Assembly (NCBI GenBank): GCA_964016885.1
Contig: OZ024745.1
Location: 23,498,001-23,562,000, forward strand
Direction of reading: 5' to 3'
Origin: Eledone cirrhosa
Taxonomy: Eukaryota
Length of the DNA: 64,000 bases
In this document: positions 50,433 to 63,209 of the stretch, in pieces
Layout of the letters: each line of letters opens with the position of its first letter
How positions within the stretch are numbered: the first letter of the stretch is position 1
Translations under genes and position numbers: made by a program
Notes under the pieces: generated by a model
What the model saw: only the letters and a program-made list of their open reading frames with translations
Told to the model about the DNA's origin: nothing
Database searches by the model: none

Positions 50433-50636
50433 TGTTGAACAAAATGGCAACGATGGTTGCTGAACACTGTACGGCTAATAATTCGGGCTGTTTGTTTACA
50501 AACAAACCGAGCATTATAATAAATGTTCGGTAAACCCATACGTACATATATATATGTGTGCATGTATGTATGTATATACATACTACTGTACGTCTGTATA
50601 CATATATGTATATACGTATACATACTTATATATGTA

Positions 50637-51024
50637 TATATTAATAAAAGGAATTCCAACTTTGTCTGATTTACTCGTTTTATTTACAATCCTTTAAAAT
50701 TATAATAATATTATAATGAAATAGTATGGTATAATATTAAATGTTAAGTGTTAATTGCACAATTACTTTCATGCTTTCGCAATCTTCAGGTCATATTCTG
50801 TGGTGAGAGTCAAGTTTGCAATTTTCAACTGTTGAAAATTGCAAACTTGACTGTCACCACTGAATATGAAGCTGAAGATTGCGAAAGCATGAAAGTACTT
50901 GTTCAATTAACATTTAACATTTAATATTCTACCATACTATTTCATTATAATATCATTATAATTTTAAAGGATTGTAAATAAAACGAGTAAATCAGACAAA
51001 GTTGGAATTCATTTTATTAATATA
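50637..51024. mobile_element. About 388-bp palindrome (1-nt centre at 50830) with a hammerhead motif in each arm (plus copy 50867-50905)
   Basis: Right arm TGAAG-CTGAAGA-TTGC-GAAA-GCAT-GAAA-GTAC-TT^GTTCA; mirror image in left arm; TATA at both ends. Confidence 0.8.
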
Positions 51025-51070
51025 ATCTTCTATACACAATCATACACACCCGTGTATATTTATATATATA

Positions 51071-52174
51071 CTAGCATTAAAGCCCGGCGTTGCTCGGGGT
51101 CATTAAGTTACCAAAGTTAGGTTGCACCACCCATTTTATGGCAGCACTTTTTTGTCTGCCAGGCACTGGGTGAATGAATTGCAGACCTGGAAGCAGGAGC
51201 TGCGCCAGCAGTGACAATTGTAGTTTCGCCTATGGATATTATCTCTGTGCAAAAAGTGTTGAAATTTATTGTTTCACAGTACTTGCGCAATACGCGCGTA
51301 GACGATGCCAGCCGAACAACAGAGCTGCGAGGAAGTTGTTCTGCATGTTGTCTGTGTGTTTTCTAAATTTAAGACAGTAGGGAGGGTTGTGATATGAGGG
51401 AGAGTTAGCTGTTGTTTCTAGCAGGTTTAGTGACCTCATAGAGGATATGTGTTTTCTAAATTTAAGACAGTAGGGAGTGGTGTGATATGGGGGAGAGTTA
51501 GCTGCTGTTTCTAGCAGGTTTAGTGACCTCATAGAAGATATGTTTTCTAAATTTAAGACAGTAGGGAGAGGTTTGATATGGGGGAGAGTTAGCTGCTGTT
51601 TCTAGCAGGTTTAGTAACCTCATAGAGGATATGTGTTTTCTAAATTTAAGACAGTAGGGAGTGGTGTGGGGAAGGGTGTGATATGGGTGAGAGTTAGCTG
51701 CTGTTTCTAGCAGGTTTAGTACCTCATAGAGGATATGTGTTTTCTAAATTTAAGACAGTAGGGAGTGGTGTGGGGAGGGGTGTGATATGGGGGAGAGTTA
51801 GCTGCTGTTTCTAGCAGGTTTAGTAACCTCATAGAGGATATGTGTTTTCTAAATTTAAGACAGTAGGGAGTGGTGTGAACGGACAGTATCACCATCAAGC
51901 TTGGAAAGAGAAAGTAGCAGCAAGTATGAAGTTGTATAGATTTTGAATGGTAGTAGAAAGAGTTCAGCAGTTTAAATGAGAGAGAAAAATCGTAAAATAT
52001 TGAGTTTTATCTATTTTTTGCGTAATTGTGGGTGAAATTGAAACAATTATCTGCGTCAAGACGCAATCGAAGCTATTTCGAATACTGAATTGTAAATTTC
52101 AATTGAAGAAATTCTATATCGTAGATTTCTATAACGAAGGAGCTTGACCACACACTGAGCTTTATAGATTATGA
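51071..52174 (-). mobile_element. Non-autonomous Helitron containing a 91-104-bp tandem array (51355-51878, about 5.4 units)
   Basis: Minus strand starts A|TCATAATCTATAAAGCTCAGTGTGTG and ends with hairpin CCCGAGCAACGCCGGG, 8 nt, then CTAG|T. Confidence 0.75.
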
Positions 52175-52438
52175 TATATAAAATTCAAACCAAAATTTAT
52201 GTTGACACTCATACACACGCACTTACAGTGTTTACACCCACACACCCACTCATACATACAAACATACACACATAAACTCACACACATACAAACACAAACA
52301 CACACAAACGCATAAGTTCATGCACGCACAGGGAAATACGTGGTTAAATTTTACACCTGAGACCGTGTTAAAATACTACTACTACTGCTACTACCACTAC
52401 CACTACTACCACTACCGCTACCGCTGCCGTTGCCGCTG

Positions 52439-52490
<52 letters not shown>

Positions 52491-52989
52491 ATGCCTATGT
52501 CGAAACATCTTTGGAAATTGACTGCCTTCTTTTTTTACAAAGCAAAAACATTTTGGAAGTGTTATTGTTGTAGTAGTTGTTGTTATTGTAGTTGTTGTTG
52601 CAGTTGTTATTTTCATTGCTATTGTTTTTCTTGCTGTTGTTATTGTTGTTGTAGTCGTTGTTGAAACGTGGTCCACCACAAACCCCCCCCCCCCCCCCTT
52701 CCCTATGGACACATTTAAAAATCTAGAACTATATTGTCAAAAATTTCTTTTGTAAACGATCACTTATAACACATTTTCAGTTTCGACACATGAAAATATG
52801 AAGATTGCCACATGAACACTTCAATGGTGGTGCCGATCATGAAGATTGCCACATGAACACTTCAATGGTGGTGCCGATCTAGATGTTTGAGGACACCAGA
52901 TCGAGGTCTCAATGACGGCTGGTTCAATAATGAAGCGGTCGGTCTAATTTAGATATTTGGATAGTTACCGTTCTCCTGTGTTACAGGAA

Positions 52990-53148
52990 GGCGGTGGATT
53001 GGCAGAATCTTTAGAATGTCAGATAGATTGCTTTGCGTTATTCATTTCGGCTCTCTACTCTCTGAGATCAAATACCGCCTAAGTCAACTTTGTATTTCAT
53101 CCTTTTCGAGGACGATAAAAAAGTACCAGTTTAGTACTGGGGTCGATT
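52990..53148 (+). mobile_element. Older diverged SINE copy
   Basis: GGCGGTGGATTGGCAGAATC...TTTCATCCTTTTCGAGGACGATAAAAAAGTACCAG. Confidence 0.75.
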
Positions 53149-53448
53149 CTTCCTCTATATCTCTTTCGCACTTCCATTCTCCCACTCTCTATCCTTTTCG
53201 CGAAGACAGCCTTTATGAACCCCCTTTTATAGGGTATCAGTGACTGGTATTGAGGGTAAGGGTGGACAAAACTGTGTCATACCATCACATTATACCCCAT
53301 GACGTCATAAGTGTTCGTCACCTGCCCCGCCCACCATTTTGGACTGTCATCTTGGAATGTTCCACCCAAGCACTATGTTAATATGAGCAATCCTTTCAAA
53401 CCACAACAATAGTATAATCCAGGCTATATTGGTATTCCGTTTGATATA

Positions 53449-53633
53449 CGAGGGTAGGCTGAAAAGTTTATAGGCTGACACAAAGGTCTGATGCTAGAGC
53501 TGTGAAATATTGCATCCATTAATTTCAACTCTTCTTCTTAATAACTTCATTGTTTCTTGTTGAAAAATAAACCTCATTTAATCATTTCATGATAGTATCT
53601 TGGTCAGCCTATGAACTTTACAGCCGACCCTCG
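53449..53633. mobile_element. Mariner-type MITE
   Basis: TA|CGAGGGTAGGCTGAAAAGTTTATAGGCTGAC ... GTCAGCCTATGAACTTTACAGCCGACCCTCG|TA; fragment also at about 53745-53855. Confidence 0.88.
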
Positions 53634-53673
53634 TATACACCCCCACCCACAAACAAACAAACAAACACACACA

Positions 53674-53731
<58 letters not shown>

Positions 53732-54224
53732 CCTTAGAACCAAACAGTGCAGTTAATAACTGCATAAGAAGAGGTTGAAATAAATAAATGCATGCAAGAT
53801 TTCACAGCTCTAGCATCACCCCTTCATAGTCAACTTATAAAGTTTTCAGCCGTATATACACAATATACAATATTCTTTCCCAATTTAGATTCTTCCATAA
53901 TTCCTCCCTTGGCTAAAACTCCTCCCCTTGTTGATAATCCCTGCTGCAGATATCCTCAAATCACGGACCTCGTTACAAGGACTCACAACAGAGTGGACAC
54001 CACTAAAAGTACATAAGAATCAGGTGATAATGTTACATCTAGTTATCGATTAAGCTTAACACCAAACAACAGGATGGCGTGCTCATGCGCAGAGATGCTA
54101 TGAAATAGCTTATAAAACAGGATGAAGACTCTTAAAATATGGAAAATACATTACCATCGGCAGCTATGGGGAATTGAACCCAATATCTTCCAGGTAATGG
54201 TTAGACGATTTAACCATTAAGCTA

Positions 54225-54465
54225 AGAGAACAGACAGCTTTACAGACAAAAGCAATCGGCAGGAGACCCAGGGCTAGCCCCTCGAGCAAGATGGTTGTAT
54301 TACATCCATGAACTCGGCTGGGTTCGCTTGAGGATCCAGCTGGATCAGTTGTAGATGGTTGCTTTTGACAGGAGTCGCTAGAAGGAGTATTTGAGGACTC
54401 TGCCCACACAACGACCCTCTGAGAAGAAGAAGAAGAAGAAGAAGAAGAAGAAGAAGAAGAAGAAA
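54225..54465 (+). mobile_element. 3' fragment of an RTE-clade LINE with (GAA)n tail
   Basis: Homologous to 8568-8764. Confidence 0.75.
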
Positions 54466-54996
54466 TATGTTCATAAGTTTGGCCGTATAGCGTTGACATG
54501 AAAGTATACACCATGTCCAAAGAAAAAAACCAAAAAAAAAACCACACGGGCTCGCCGACAATACAATCTCAGTGAGGTCATTCGAAATGCTAAAATAGCA
54601 GCCATATTTCCATCAAATCACACACTATTGTCTTTAAAAAAATAGGAACTGACACATTGGCTAATACAGTCGTGGATATGCAACAGTAAAAAAAACAACA
54701 AAAGAAAACTTGAGGTGACCCCGGTTGGTACTCTATTAATCATAGTTGTACTCGATGTGCGCTGACACAGAGCTAAACAACAAGGACGACTACAACACCA
54801 ATTTTAACAATAATAGTATTAATAAGAGCGGTGACGACGATAATACTAAATAGGCCTCAAGGTTGTCTGCCTTGGTTATAGCTGAGATGGCTTCAGTCAC
54901 GATTATCTATCTGTGAATAGTGAATAGAGAATATATATCATATTGAATTGGTGATTGAAGATTAGGAAACGGAAAACATACACACGCTCTCTTTCT

Positions 54997-55044
<48 letters not shown>

Positions 55045-55179
55045 TCTCTCTTTATATATATATATATATATATATGGGGGTGTATATGTATATACATATA
55101 TCGATTTATCTCACTCCCTGTTCCTCTACATATATATATGTATATACTCTTTACTCTTTTATACACACACACACACACA

Positions 55180-55222
<43 letters not shown>

Positions 55223-55223
55223 T

Positions 55224-55390
55224 TGGGACACTAGAAGAGGAAGACCAAGGTTAACGTATGTTGATGCCCTAAGGACAGACACTGGTCTGTTGGAGATGCA
55301 GGACATAGCAGCGATAATGAGGGACAGAGACCGCTGGAGAGAACTCGTCCATGGATCTCGGGAATTTTACCCGCCTTAAATAGATAGATA
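55224..55390 (+). mobile_element. 3' fragment of a different RTE-like LINE
   Basis: RRGRPRLTYVDALRTDTGLLEMQDIAAIMRDRDRWRELV...* followed by TAGATAGA. Confidence 0.7.
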
Positions 55391-55562
55391 TATATGTATG
55401 TGTGTGTGTGTGTGTGTATATATATGTATATATATGTATATATATAAATTGATAGATATATAGATGGACAGATAGATAGATATATGTCCTTCTTTCTTTC
55501 TTTATTTGTTTATTTATTTATTCATTATTGTTTATCTATCTGTTATAGATAGATAGATAGAT

Positions 55563-57565
55563 ATCTTTCTTTATTTGCCGCAGGGGCGTACAAAAATGGG
55601 ACATTACAAGACGTGACGGCGGGGTTTTACATAAAATATTTAACAATGATGAATAACAATAATAACTATTTATAAAATAAAACAATTGAAATCCCCATTA
55701 GGCGGGGGGGGGGGGGGGGGCGTTACTGCGGTTTTTTTTTACACCCCGTGCATAGAACAACCCTCAACACCAGGAACACGTTTTATAGTTCCCGTCTTCC
55801 CTCTGTTTGTCTTCCTCAACCTACAGGTTTATATACAGAGATGGCCCATTCACTCGGGCCATTTTCGCCACATTCACCCACCTTTCAGCGAATTTACTTG
55901 GGTGTAGCACCTCTCTCTCCACTCTCACCTTCCTCCTGAAGTGGTACTTAAAAGAAGGGGATAAGTTGTTGTCCGGAGAGAAACGTGTTTGCCCTCAGTC
56001 CTTTTAACCTCATCCACCATATTGCCTCTTTCGCCATAGCCACCAGGCAGAGGAAAACCACCTCTCCTTCATTCTTAAATGAAGGCGGCGGGGTAATCCT
56101 CACGATGGACTCGGCTGACAACTGGATGCGTCCCACACGTGACAGTAGCTGTTCGACATAATTCCACAGGTCGGTCACCCCTGGGCACTGAACAATTGCG
56201 TGCAGAACAGTTTCAATGTCCCGCTCGCATCTTGGACAGGTCCTTTTGGCAGAATATCTGCCAGGGTGTCCGTGCCTGTAGATTTTGTCTCGAACTGGTA
56301 GAGCTCCTCGGTAGCACTTCCAGGCAAGAGATCCCTGGAAGTTATCCATAGGCCCTGGACGGAAAGTCCTCCCGAACAGACTGATCAGTTCGTCCTCCTC
56401 GATGCCTAGAGTTTCCCCGGGAACGTCGTCGCACTTATCCTCCACTAATCCTGTATGGAATGTCGAAGTGGAGTCTCCGCTGATTACCGTTTCCGCTTGG
56501 TAGAGGGTTGTGTGCGCCTGAAGGCACTCTATGTGCCAGGCGCCCATTTTCGGTCTTCGCTTGATCCAGAACGGCAACTCTGTTAGTGAGACGTGTTGTG
56601 GAAGAGCTCGTCTCACAAACGACAGCCACACCGGTTCGCCGGTCAGGAATACCTGGAATGGCGTAGCCTCAGCGCGTGCTTGCGCATCATCAGCCACGGC
56701 ATGCCCAGCCCTCTGTTAGAAGGGTGTTGACAGCAGATGGATCTCCTTACTCTGTTTCTTCCACAGGAACTTGAAGAGTAGGCGTTCCATTTTGGTGAGG
56801 TGTTCGCGGAGACAAGGCACAGCTGTCAAGCGGTAGTAGATGACGGACGCTATGTAAGTGTTCGCCACCTCCGCTCGACCTTTCAAGGAGAGTTTGCAAT
56901 CAGCCCACTTCTGGGTGAGTGCAAACACCTTCGCCGTGACCTCGTTCCAGTTCTTGTCCACATGGAAGTCTGGACCAAACCAGACCCCGAGCAATTTCAC
57001 CGGTCCTTCCGTCCAGCGTCCAACGACACTGTCGGAAGGCATGGGTTTGCCTCTCCATGTGCCGAGTTGCAAACCGACAGACTTGTTTGGGTTTAGTCTT
57101 GCTCCTGTCAATGTATTCCTGTAATAGGTTACCGATTACCCCGATTTCCGAGGTTTTCGACACCATTATGGTTACGTCATCGGCATAGGCCGACGCTGCT
57201 TTTCGCAGTCCTGGTTCGATCGGGATGCCCTGCAACAGCTCCAACTTCCGCAGTAATGGCTCGAGAGTCAGTACATACAGAATAGAGGAGAGACAGCCTC
57301 CCTGACGGATGGAACGGATGATTTGGAATGGCTCCGATAGGTAGCCATTCACCTTGACTGCCGAGCAGATGCTGGTGCGCATGGCAGCGATCCAGACTCT
57401 GAAGACGGGACCGAAGCCGGCCGCCTTGAGAACCGCTTCCAAGTATTGATGGTCGACCCTATCAAATGCCTTAGATTGATCTAAATTGATCAGAGCCCCA
57501 CCGAAGCCAGGTTTACACCCTACCTTCTCTATTATGTATCGCATGAGGTGGAGGTTGTCGTGTAT
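55563..57565 (-). mobile_element. 5'-truncated Tx1-like (L1 clade) non-LTR retrotransposon
   Basis: RT and C-terminal domains plus 3' UTR with AATAAA; TAGA repeats at both junctions. Confidence 0.9.
55821..57562 (-). pseudogene. ORF2 remnant: reverse transcriptase plus C-terminal CCHC zinc-binding region, at least 3 frameshifts
   Basis: LDQSKAFDRVDH, SIRQGGCLS, AYADDVT, GARLNPNKS, VKLLGVWF, KLSLKGR, CPRC..ETVLHAIVQCP; ends ...GPSLYINL*. Confidence 0.9.
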
Positions 57566-57987
57566 AGATAGACAGAGAGATAAACGATATATTGCTGCCT
57601 TTCCTACTAAATTCCACCTCATTTTGCCAGAAATCCACAATGTTGTTCACAGTTCATAATCTAACACTTGATTTTAACGTATACATACATATTCTCAAAA
57701 CTAATCCACCATGTTGTCCTGGGTCCACTAATATATTCATGACTACATTTTAACCCTCCATGTATTCATTAATCTTTTCCTATTTTGACCAAATATTTGA
57801 CCTACATAAATTCTCGCCAGCCACCGTGGTACCAGGCGAGACACCCTTATGTTATATGGCCCTATATATGAATATATACACCCTTAAGTTATAAGGGTCT
57901 TGTATGAATATATTCATGTATGTATGATCCTGTAACTTCTGAGGGAATCGTAGGGGCGTCGCATTGATATACGACGTTTCTAGGGCA

Positions 57988-58375
57988 TTGGCAGTATCGG
58001 TAGAGAGTCGGACGCCATGCTTTCTAGCATAGTTACGTCCCTTTACGGTCTGAGTTCAAATCCCGTCGAGGTTAACTTTGCCTTTCATCCTTACGGGGTC
58101 GATAAATAAAGTACCAGTAATGTACTGGGTAATTGCTGGCCTTGTTCCAAAAGTAGAAACAATTATTTAAAAAAACCTAGTGGATCCCAGGTCAGTAGAT
58201 TTCTTCCAGAGAAGAATAGACAGTGCGAAAGATGTATAGAAGAAGAATCGACCTCAGTACAAGACAGATACTTTTTTATTGACCTTAGGTTGACTACGAT
58301 GGGATTTGAACCTAGAGAGCAGAGAGTCGGTATACTTCCATGTATTCTATCCGACGTTCTAACCAATTCGCCGCC
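57988..58375. mobile_element. Young SINE (57988-58166, +) and old SINE (about 58245-58375, -)
   Basis: Family sequence. Confidence 0.85.
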
Positions 58376-58564
58376 TATGTCAATATACACAAACGTCTAA
58401 ATTCAAAGTTATGACATCACTTATATTTCAACACAGAATCAGGAAGAAATATTTTTTTTAATTAACACCAATCAAATTTAAATGAATTTTTACACTTTGT
58501 ATAATAAGTTTGAAACTATATAGTCAGTTCGATGCCAATATTGATCTGCCAATAGTTTCAAATA

Positions 58565-58779
58565 CGAGGGTGAGCTGAAAAATGCATAGGCTGACTATAA
58601 AGGAGTAATGCTAGAGCTGTGAAATCTTGCATGGATTAATTTCAACTCTTCTTATTAATAAATGCATTGTTCCTTTCCAAGGGCTATGTTGAGAAATAAA
58701 CCTCATTTGGTCATTCTATGAGAGTGTCTTTGGTCAGCCTAACAATCTTTCAACCAATGAACTTTTCAGCCGACCCTCG
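58565..58779. mobile_element. Mariner-type MITE (53449 family)
   Basis: Same TIRs and internal ATGCTAGAGCTGTGAAAT. Confidence 0.85.
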
Positions 58780-59250
58780 TTTATTATTTTTGAATTTCTC
58801 TCAGAACAGGACAGTAGGATGTAAGTGACATGTGTAGTCATTAACGTAGTCCACATTTCAAACCAATGTAATATGTGGCATGGCTAGATGTTTGAATTAC
58901 AGGTATAGTAGTCCATCCAACGGGCTTCCACACAGTTTCCGCCTAACCAATTTCATTCATAAGTCTTGGGTTGATACGAAGCTTTAATAACAACAGTTAA
59001 TGTAGGTGTCATGCAGTGAGAGAAAACCCAGGGCCTCTTATCTCTGCCCATCAAAGAAATTACTTTCAAATAGCCCCTAAATCGTACTCTACAGGGATAA
59101 CTAAGGAAAGAACACCAGATATTGTAGTCTTCTATAACTTTAAATGGGGATGTTATGAATGGAACGCTCGATCGGGGTTGGCCTGAGGCTAAATAATAAC
59201 AACAACAACTGGTGTTAAATCTTCTCTATCAGGGTTGACCTAGGGCTAAA

Positions 59251-59879
59251 TTATGGTTTCTGATTTTGAACGCAAGACCAGCAATTTTGGGGGAGAGAAA
59301 AATCGATTAAATCGACCTCAGTACGGTACTGGTACTTTATTTTCTCGACCCTGTAAAGACAAAGTTAACTCCGGCGGAATTTGAACTCAGAACATAAAGG
59401 GAGATAACTGTGTTACGAAGTATATTGTCCGACGCTCTATCGATTATGGCGAATAACAACAACAACTATAATATATGTAGATGGCATCTCTGAGTAGAAA
59501 ATAATTGTTTCTACTTTTGGCACAAGGCCAGCAATTATCCCAGTACGTTACTGGTACCATAATTTTATCGACCCCGTAAGGATGAAAAGCAAAGTTAACC
59601 TTGGCGGGATCTGAACTCAGACCGTAAAGGGATGTAACTCTATGCTGCAAAGCATGGCATCCGACCCTCTACCGATACTGCCAATCCATCTCTGAGTAGA
59701 AAATAATTTTCTGCTTTTGGCACAAGGCCAGCAATTATGCTAGTGTATTACTGGTACTTTATATTATCGACCCCGTAAGGATGAAAGGCAAAGTTAACCT
59801 CGGCGGGATTTGAACTCGCACCATAAAGGGCGTAACTCTATGCTGCAAAGTATGGCGTCCGACCTTCTACTGATACTGT
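59251..59879 (-). mobile_element. Three SINE copies (59251-59445, 59500-59688, 59703-59879)
   Basis: Middle copy flanked by direct repeat CATCTCTGAGTAGAAAATAATT, consistent with a target-site duplication. Confidence 0.9.
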
Positions 59880-60110
59880 CAAAATAATGTATATGTATAA
59901 GTGTACACAGACGTTTGGAAGTGTATAGTAGTGTGTATAATTGTGTGTGTGTGTGTGTGTGCGTGTGTTGTATGTGAAATTATGTGTCAGTGTGCGTGCG
60001 TATAAATGTGTGTGAGTGTATCTGTGAGACTGTATATGAGTGTGTGAACACATATTTGTACTGCTGTGTATACATATGTGTGTTAGTGGAAGTTCGTACG
60101 TATGGGGAAT

Positions 60111-60142
<32 letters not shown>

Positions 60143-60167
60143 ACACACATATATATATATATATATA

Positions 60168-60402
60168 TGACGAGCCGCGGATTACAGAGTCAGGTCAGAT
60201 CGATACGGATCGAACCTTGAGCTGATCAGTGGCGAAACGCGCGTCGCCAACCAATTAACGTAATGAAGGAGTAACCAATCGTCCTTGTTATTTTATTTCA
60301 CTATAATACACTCTGTCTAGCTCTACACCCCAACACTGAAGTGAACCTAAACATCGAGTGCTCTCCCGGGTGAACCTACAGTAACTCCAAGTTACACTCC
60401 CT

Positions 60403-60404
<2 letters not shown>
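60168..60404 (+). mobile_element. TA-flanked insert beginning inside a hammerhead (extended stem II family)
   Basis: (TA)n-TGACGA-GCCGCGGATTA...TGATCAGTGGC-GAAA-CGCGCG-TC^; C3 and the 5' strand of stem I are lost. Confidence 0.65.
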
Positions 60405-60449
<45 letters not shown>

Positions 60450-60452
<3 letters not shown>

Positions 60453-60692
60453 GAAAACGAAAAATCAGTGATGCATCTGAACTCAATTTATTGTGCGTTA
60501 CAATTGTTTCGCCGGCGGACAGCTCGAGACGCGATCATTGTGTGGATCTGTCTGATTCTGGACCCGCAGGTTCAACGGACACGTCTAATGATTTCGGAGC
60601 ATATTCTCTCACAATTATATCATACTCTACTCTGTAAGAGCATAGGGTGCTCAACCGGCACACCGCCTATGGAAGCATTTTAGCTACCATCA
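60450..60692 (-). mobile_element. Diverged relative of the 2.4-2.8 kb hammerhead element
   Basis: Minus strand CGAGCTGTCCGCCGGC-GAAA-CAATTG-TA-ACGCAC-AATAAA...GCATCACTGATTTTTCGTTTTCTA-(TA)n parallels 2720-2800. Confidence 0.6.
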
Positions 60693-60693
60693 G

Positions 60694-60771
<78 letters not shown>

Positions 60772-60790
60772 TATATATATATATATATAA

Positions 60791-60928
60791 AACGAAGGAA
60801 GTCTGGTAAGGAACCAGATGGACCATAACGCACCATAGTAGTCAATACTTAGTGTAGTAGAGTGGGTATTAGGAAAATGTTTAACCCGACGGCAGAGCCC
60901 CAGCTCTGACGTCGGAGTTAAACATTTT

Positions 60929-60932
<4 letters not shown>
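60791..60932 (-). mobile_element. Hairpin-plus-tail element, copy 4 (about 29-bp arms)
   Basis: Family tail, then TAGGAAAATGTTTAACCCGACGGCAGAGC-CCCA-GCTCTGACGTCGGAGTTAAACATTTTCCTA; (TA)n both sides. Confidence 0.75.
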
Positions 60933-61025
<93 letters not shown>

Positions 61026-61449
61026 GGAATATATGAACATATTTGTGCGTCTGTGAGTATATATAGACATATGTGTGTACATGTGTGTTTATAAGAGTGT
61101 ATGTGTGCATATATAAAAATATGTGTACTAGTGTGTTTGTGTGAGTGTGTGTGTGTGTGTGTGTGTGAGATAGAATAAGTATATATATGTGGTGCGTATA
61201 CAGGACTATGTATGTGAATGTGTGAATGTATGCACATATGCTTATGTGTGCGTGCCCCTCTTCTCTCTCTCTACTTGTGTGTGTTTGTGTGTGTGTATGC
61301 ATGAGAATGTATGTGTGTTTGTGTATGTGCGTGTGTATGTGCAAATGTATGTGTGTGTGAGAGAGAGAGAGACAGTGTGTGTGTGTGTTTCTCTTTGTGT
61401 GTGTGTCTGTGCTGTGTGTGTGTGCGAATGTATGCGTGTGTCTGTGTGT

Positions 61450-61528
<79 letters not shown>

Positions 61529-61690
61529 TGTGTGTGTGTCTGTGTGTGTGTGTGTACGTGTGTGTGTGTGTGTATGTGTGTGTGTATGCGTGTCTGTGTG
61601 TATGTGTGTGTGTGTGCAATTAACAAAGCCATTTCGCAATAATGGGTTCAGGAATAATAATTAAGTGTTCTAGTATTTTTAATTACACCA

Positions 61691-61766
61691 GTCACATGAC
61701 ATCTTTCCGGCGAGACATACAGTCTGGTCTAGTCTGGTGACGTCATCTTAGTCGACAATGACGTCA
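61691..61766. promoter_or_regulatory. Candidate cis-regulatory cluster: two full CRE sites, an E-box and an ETS-like core
   Basis: TGACGTCA at 61738-45 and 61759-66, GTCACATGAC at 61691-700, TTCCGG at 61705-10. Confidence 0.35.
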
Positions 61767-62095
61767 GAGGGGGTGTAGGGGAGAGGAGTTTGACGAGAAT
61801 AAGGGCTTGGTAGATTGACAAAGGGCTGTATCATTCATTACAGGAGGGGGGTTCATTTCATATAGGGGATAGGAAAGAGAAGAGAGAGAAAGAGAGAGAG
61901 AGAGAAATGGGAGAGAGAGAGAGTGAGATCGGAAAATAGATCGATAGAGAAAGAGTGAGAATAAATTGATAGAGAGAAGGGGAGTGGTGGGAGAGAAATA
62001 AAGAAAGTGTGTGTGAGAGAGAGAGGTAAGATGGGAAGAGAAGGACAACAGGGAAAATGAGAGAGTGGGAGAGAGAGGAGAGAAGAGAAGAGGGG

Positions 62096-62147
<52 letters not shown>

Positions 62148-62455
62148 GAGAGGGAAAATGAAAGAGTGAGAGAGAGAGAGGAGAGAAGAGAGGGAAAATG
62201 AAAGAGTGGGAGAGAAGGAAGAGAAGGAAGAGAAGAGAGAGAGTGAGAGAGAGAGAGAGAAGAGGAAAGCAAAGGTTGATGTGAAGGATGAACTATAGGA
62301 ATATTGGTTAGTGAAGGGAACGAAGATATAGAGAGACTTCATACATAATTAGCCAACAGGAAGTGAGGCGGGGGGGGGGGGGGGGTTAAATACTATTGCA
62401 CGTGATTAACAGTTGTCTCATTCAATAATCTCTTCTATTATTAAGGACAGACGTT

Positions 62456-62907
62456 GGTTTGGCATTATCGGTAGAGGGTTGGACGCCATGCCTTGACGCA
62501 TAGAGTTTCGGCCCTTGCCATTCTGAGTTCAAATCCCGCCGAGGTTAACTTTGCCTTTCATCCTTACGGGGGTCGATAAAATAAGGCACCAGTAACGTAC
62601 TGGGGTCGATTTAATCATCGACTTTCCCCTGCCCCGCAAATTACAGGCCCTGTGCCTATACTAGAAATCCTTATTAAAGACAGACGAGGGGGGGGGATTG
62701 ACTGACTCAGTAGAGCTTCGGACAACAAGATTTGTGACACAGAGTTACGGCCCTTCGCGTTCTGACTTCAAATTCCGCCGAGGTTAACTTTGCTTTAAAT
62801 CCTTACAGGGTCGATAAAATAAAGTACCAGTAACGTACTGGATCGATTTAATCGACTTTCCTCTCCCCAAAATTGCTGGCCTTGTGTTCAAAATCAGAAA
62901 CCATAAT
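62456..62907 (+). mobile_element. Two SINE copies (62456-62672, 62695-62907)
   Basis: Family sequence, long subfamily. Confidence 0.88.
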
Positions 62908-63154
62908 TTAGCTCTAGGTCAACCCTGATAGAGCAGATTTAACACCAGTTGTTATTATTTAGCCTTATCAGAAACCTTTATTAAGGAAAGACGATGAAAC
63001 GGTTGCGGCTGCAGTAAAAATGCTGGTCACCATTAATTCTACGAACATAAGAACAAAACCCCGGACAAGGGAACATCCTTGAAACAGAGAAATGTTTAGG
63101 TTGGATTGTATGTATGTATGTATGTATGTATGTATGTATGTATGTATATGTATG

Positions 63155-63186
<32 letters not shown>

Positions 63187-63209
63187 TGTATGTATGTATG
63201 TATGTATGT

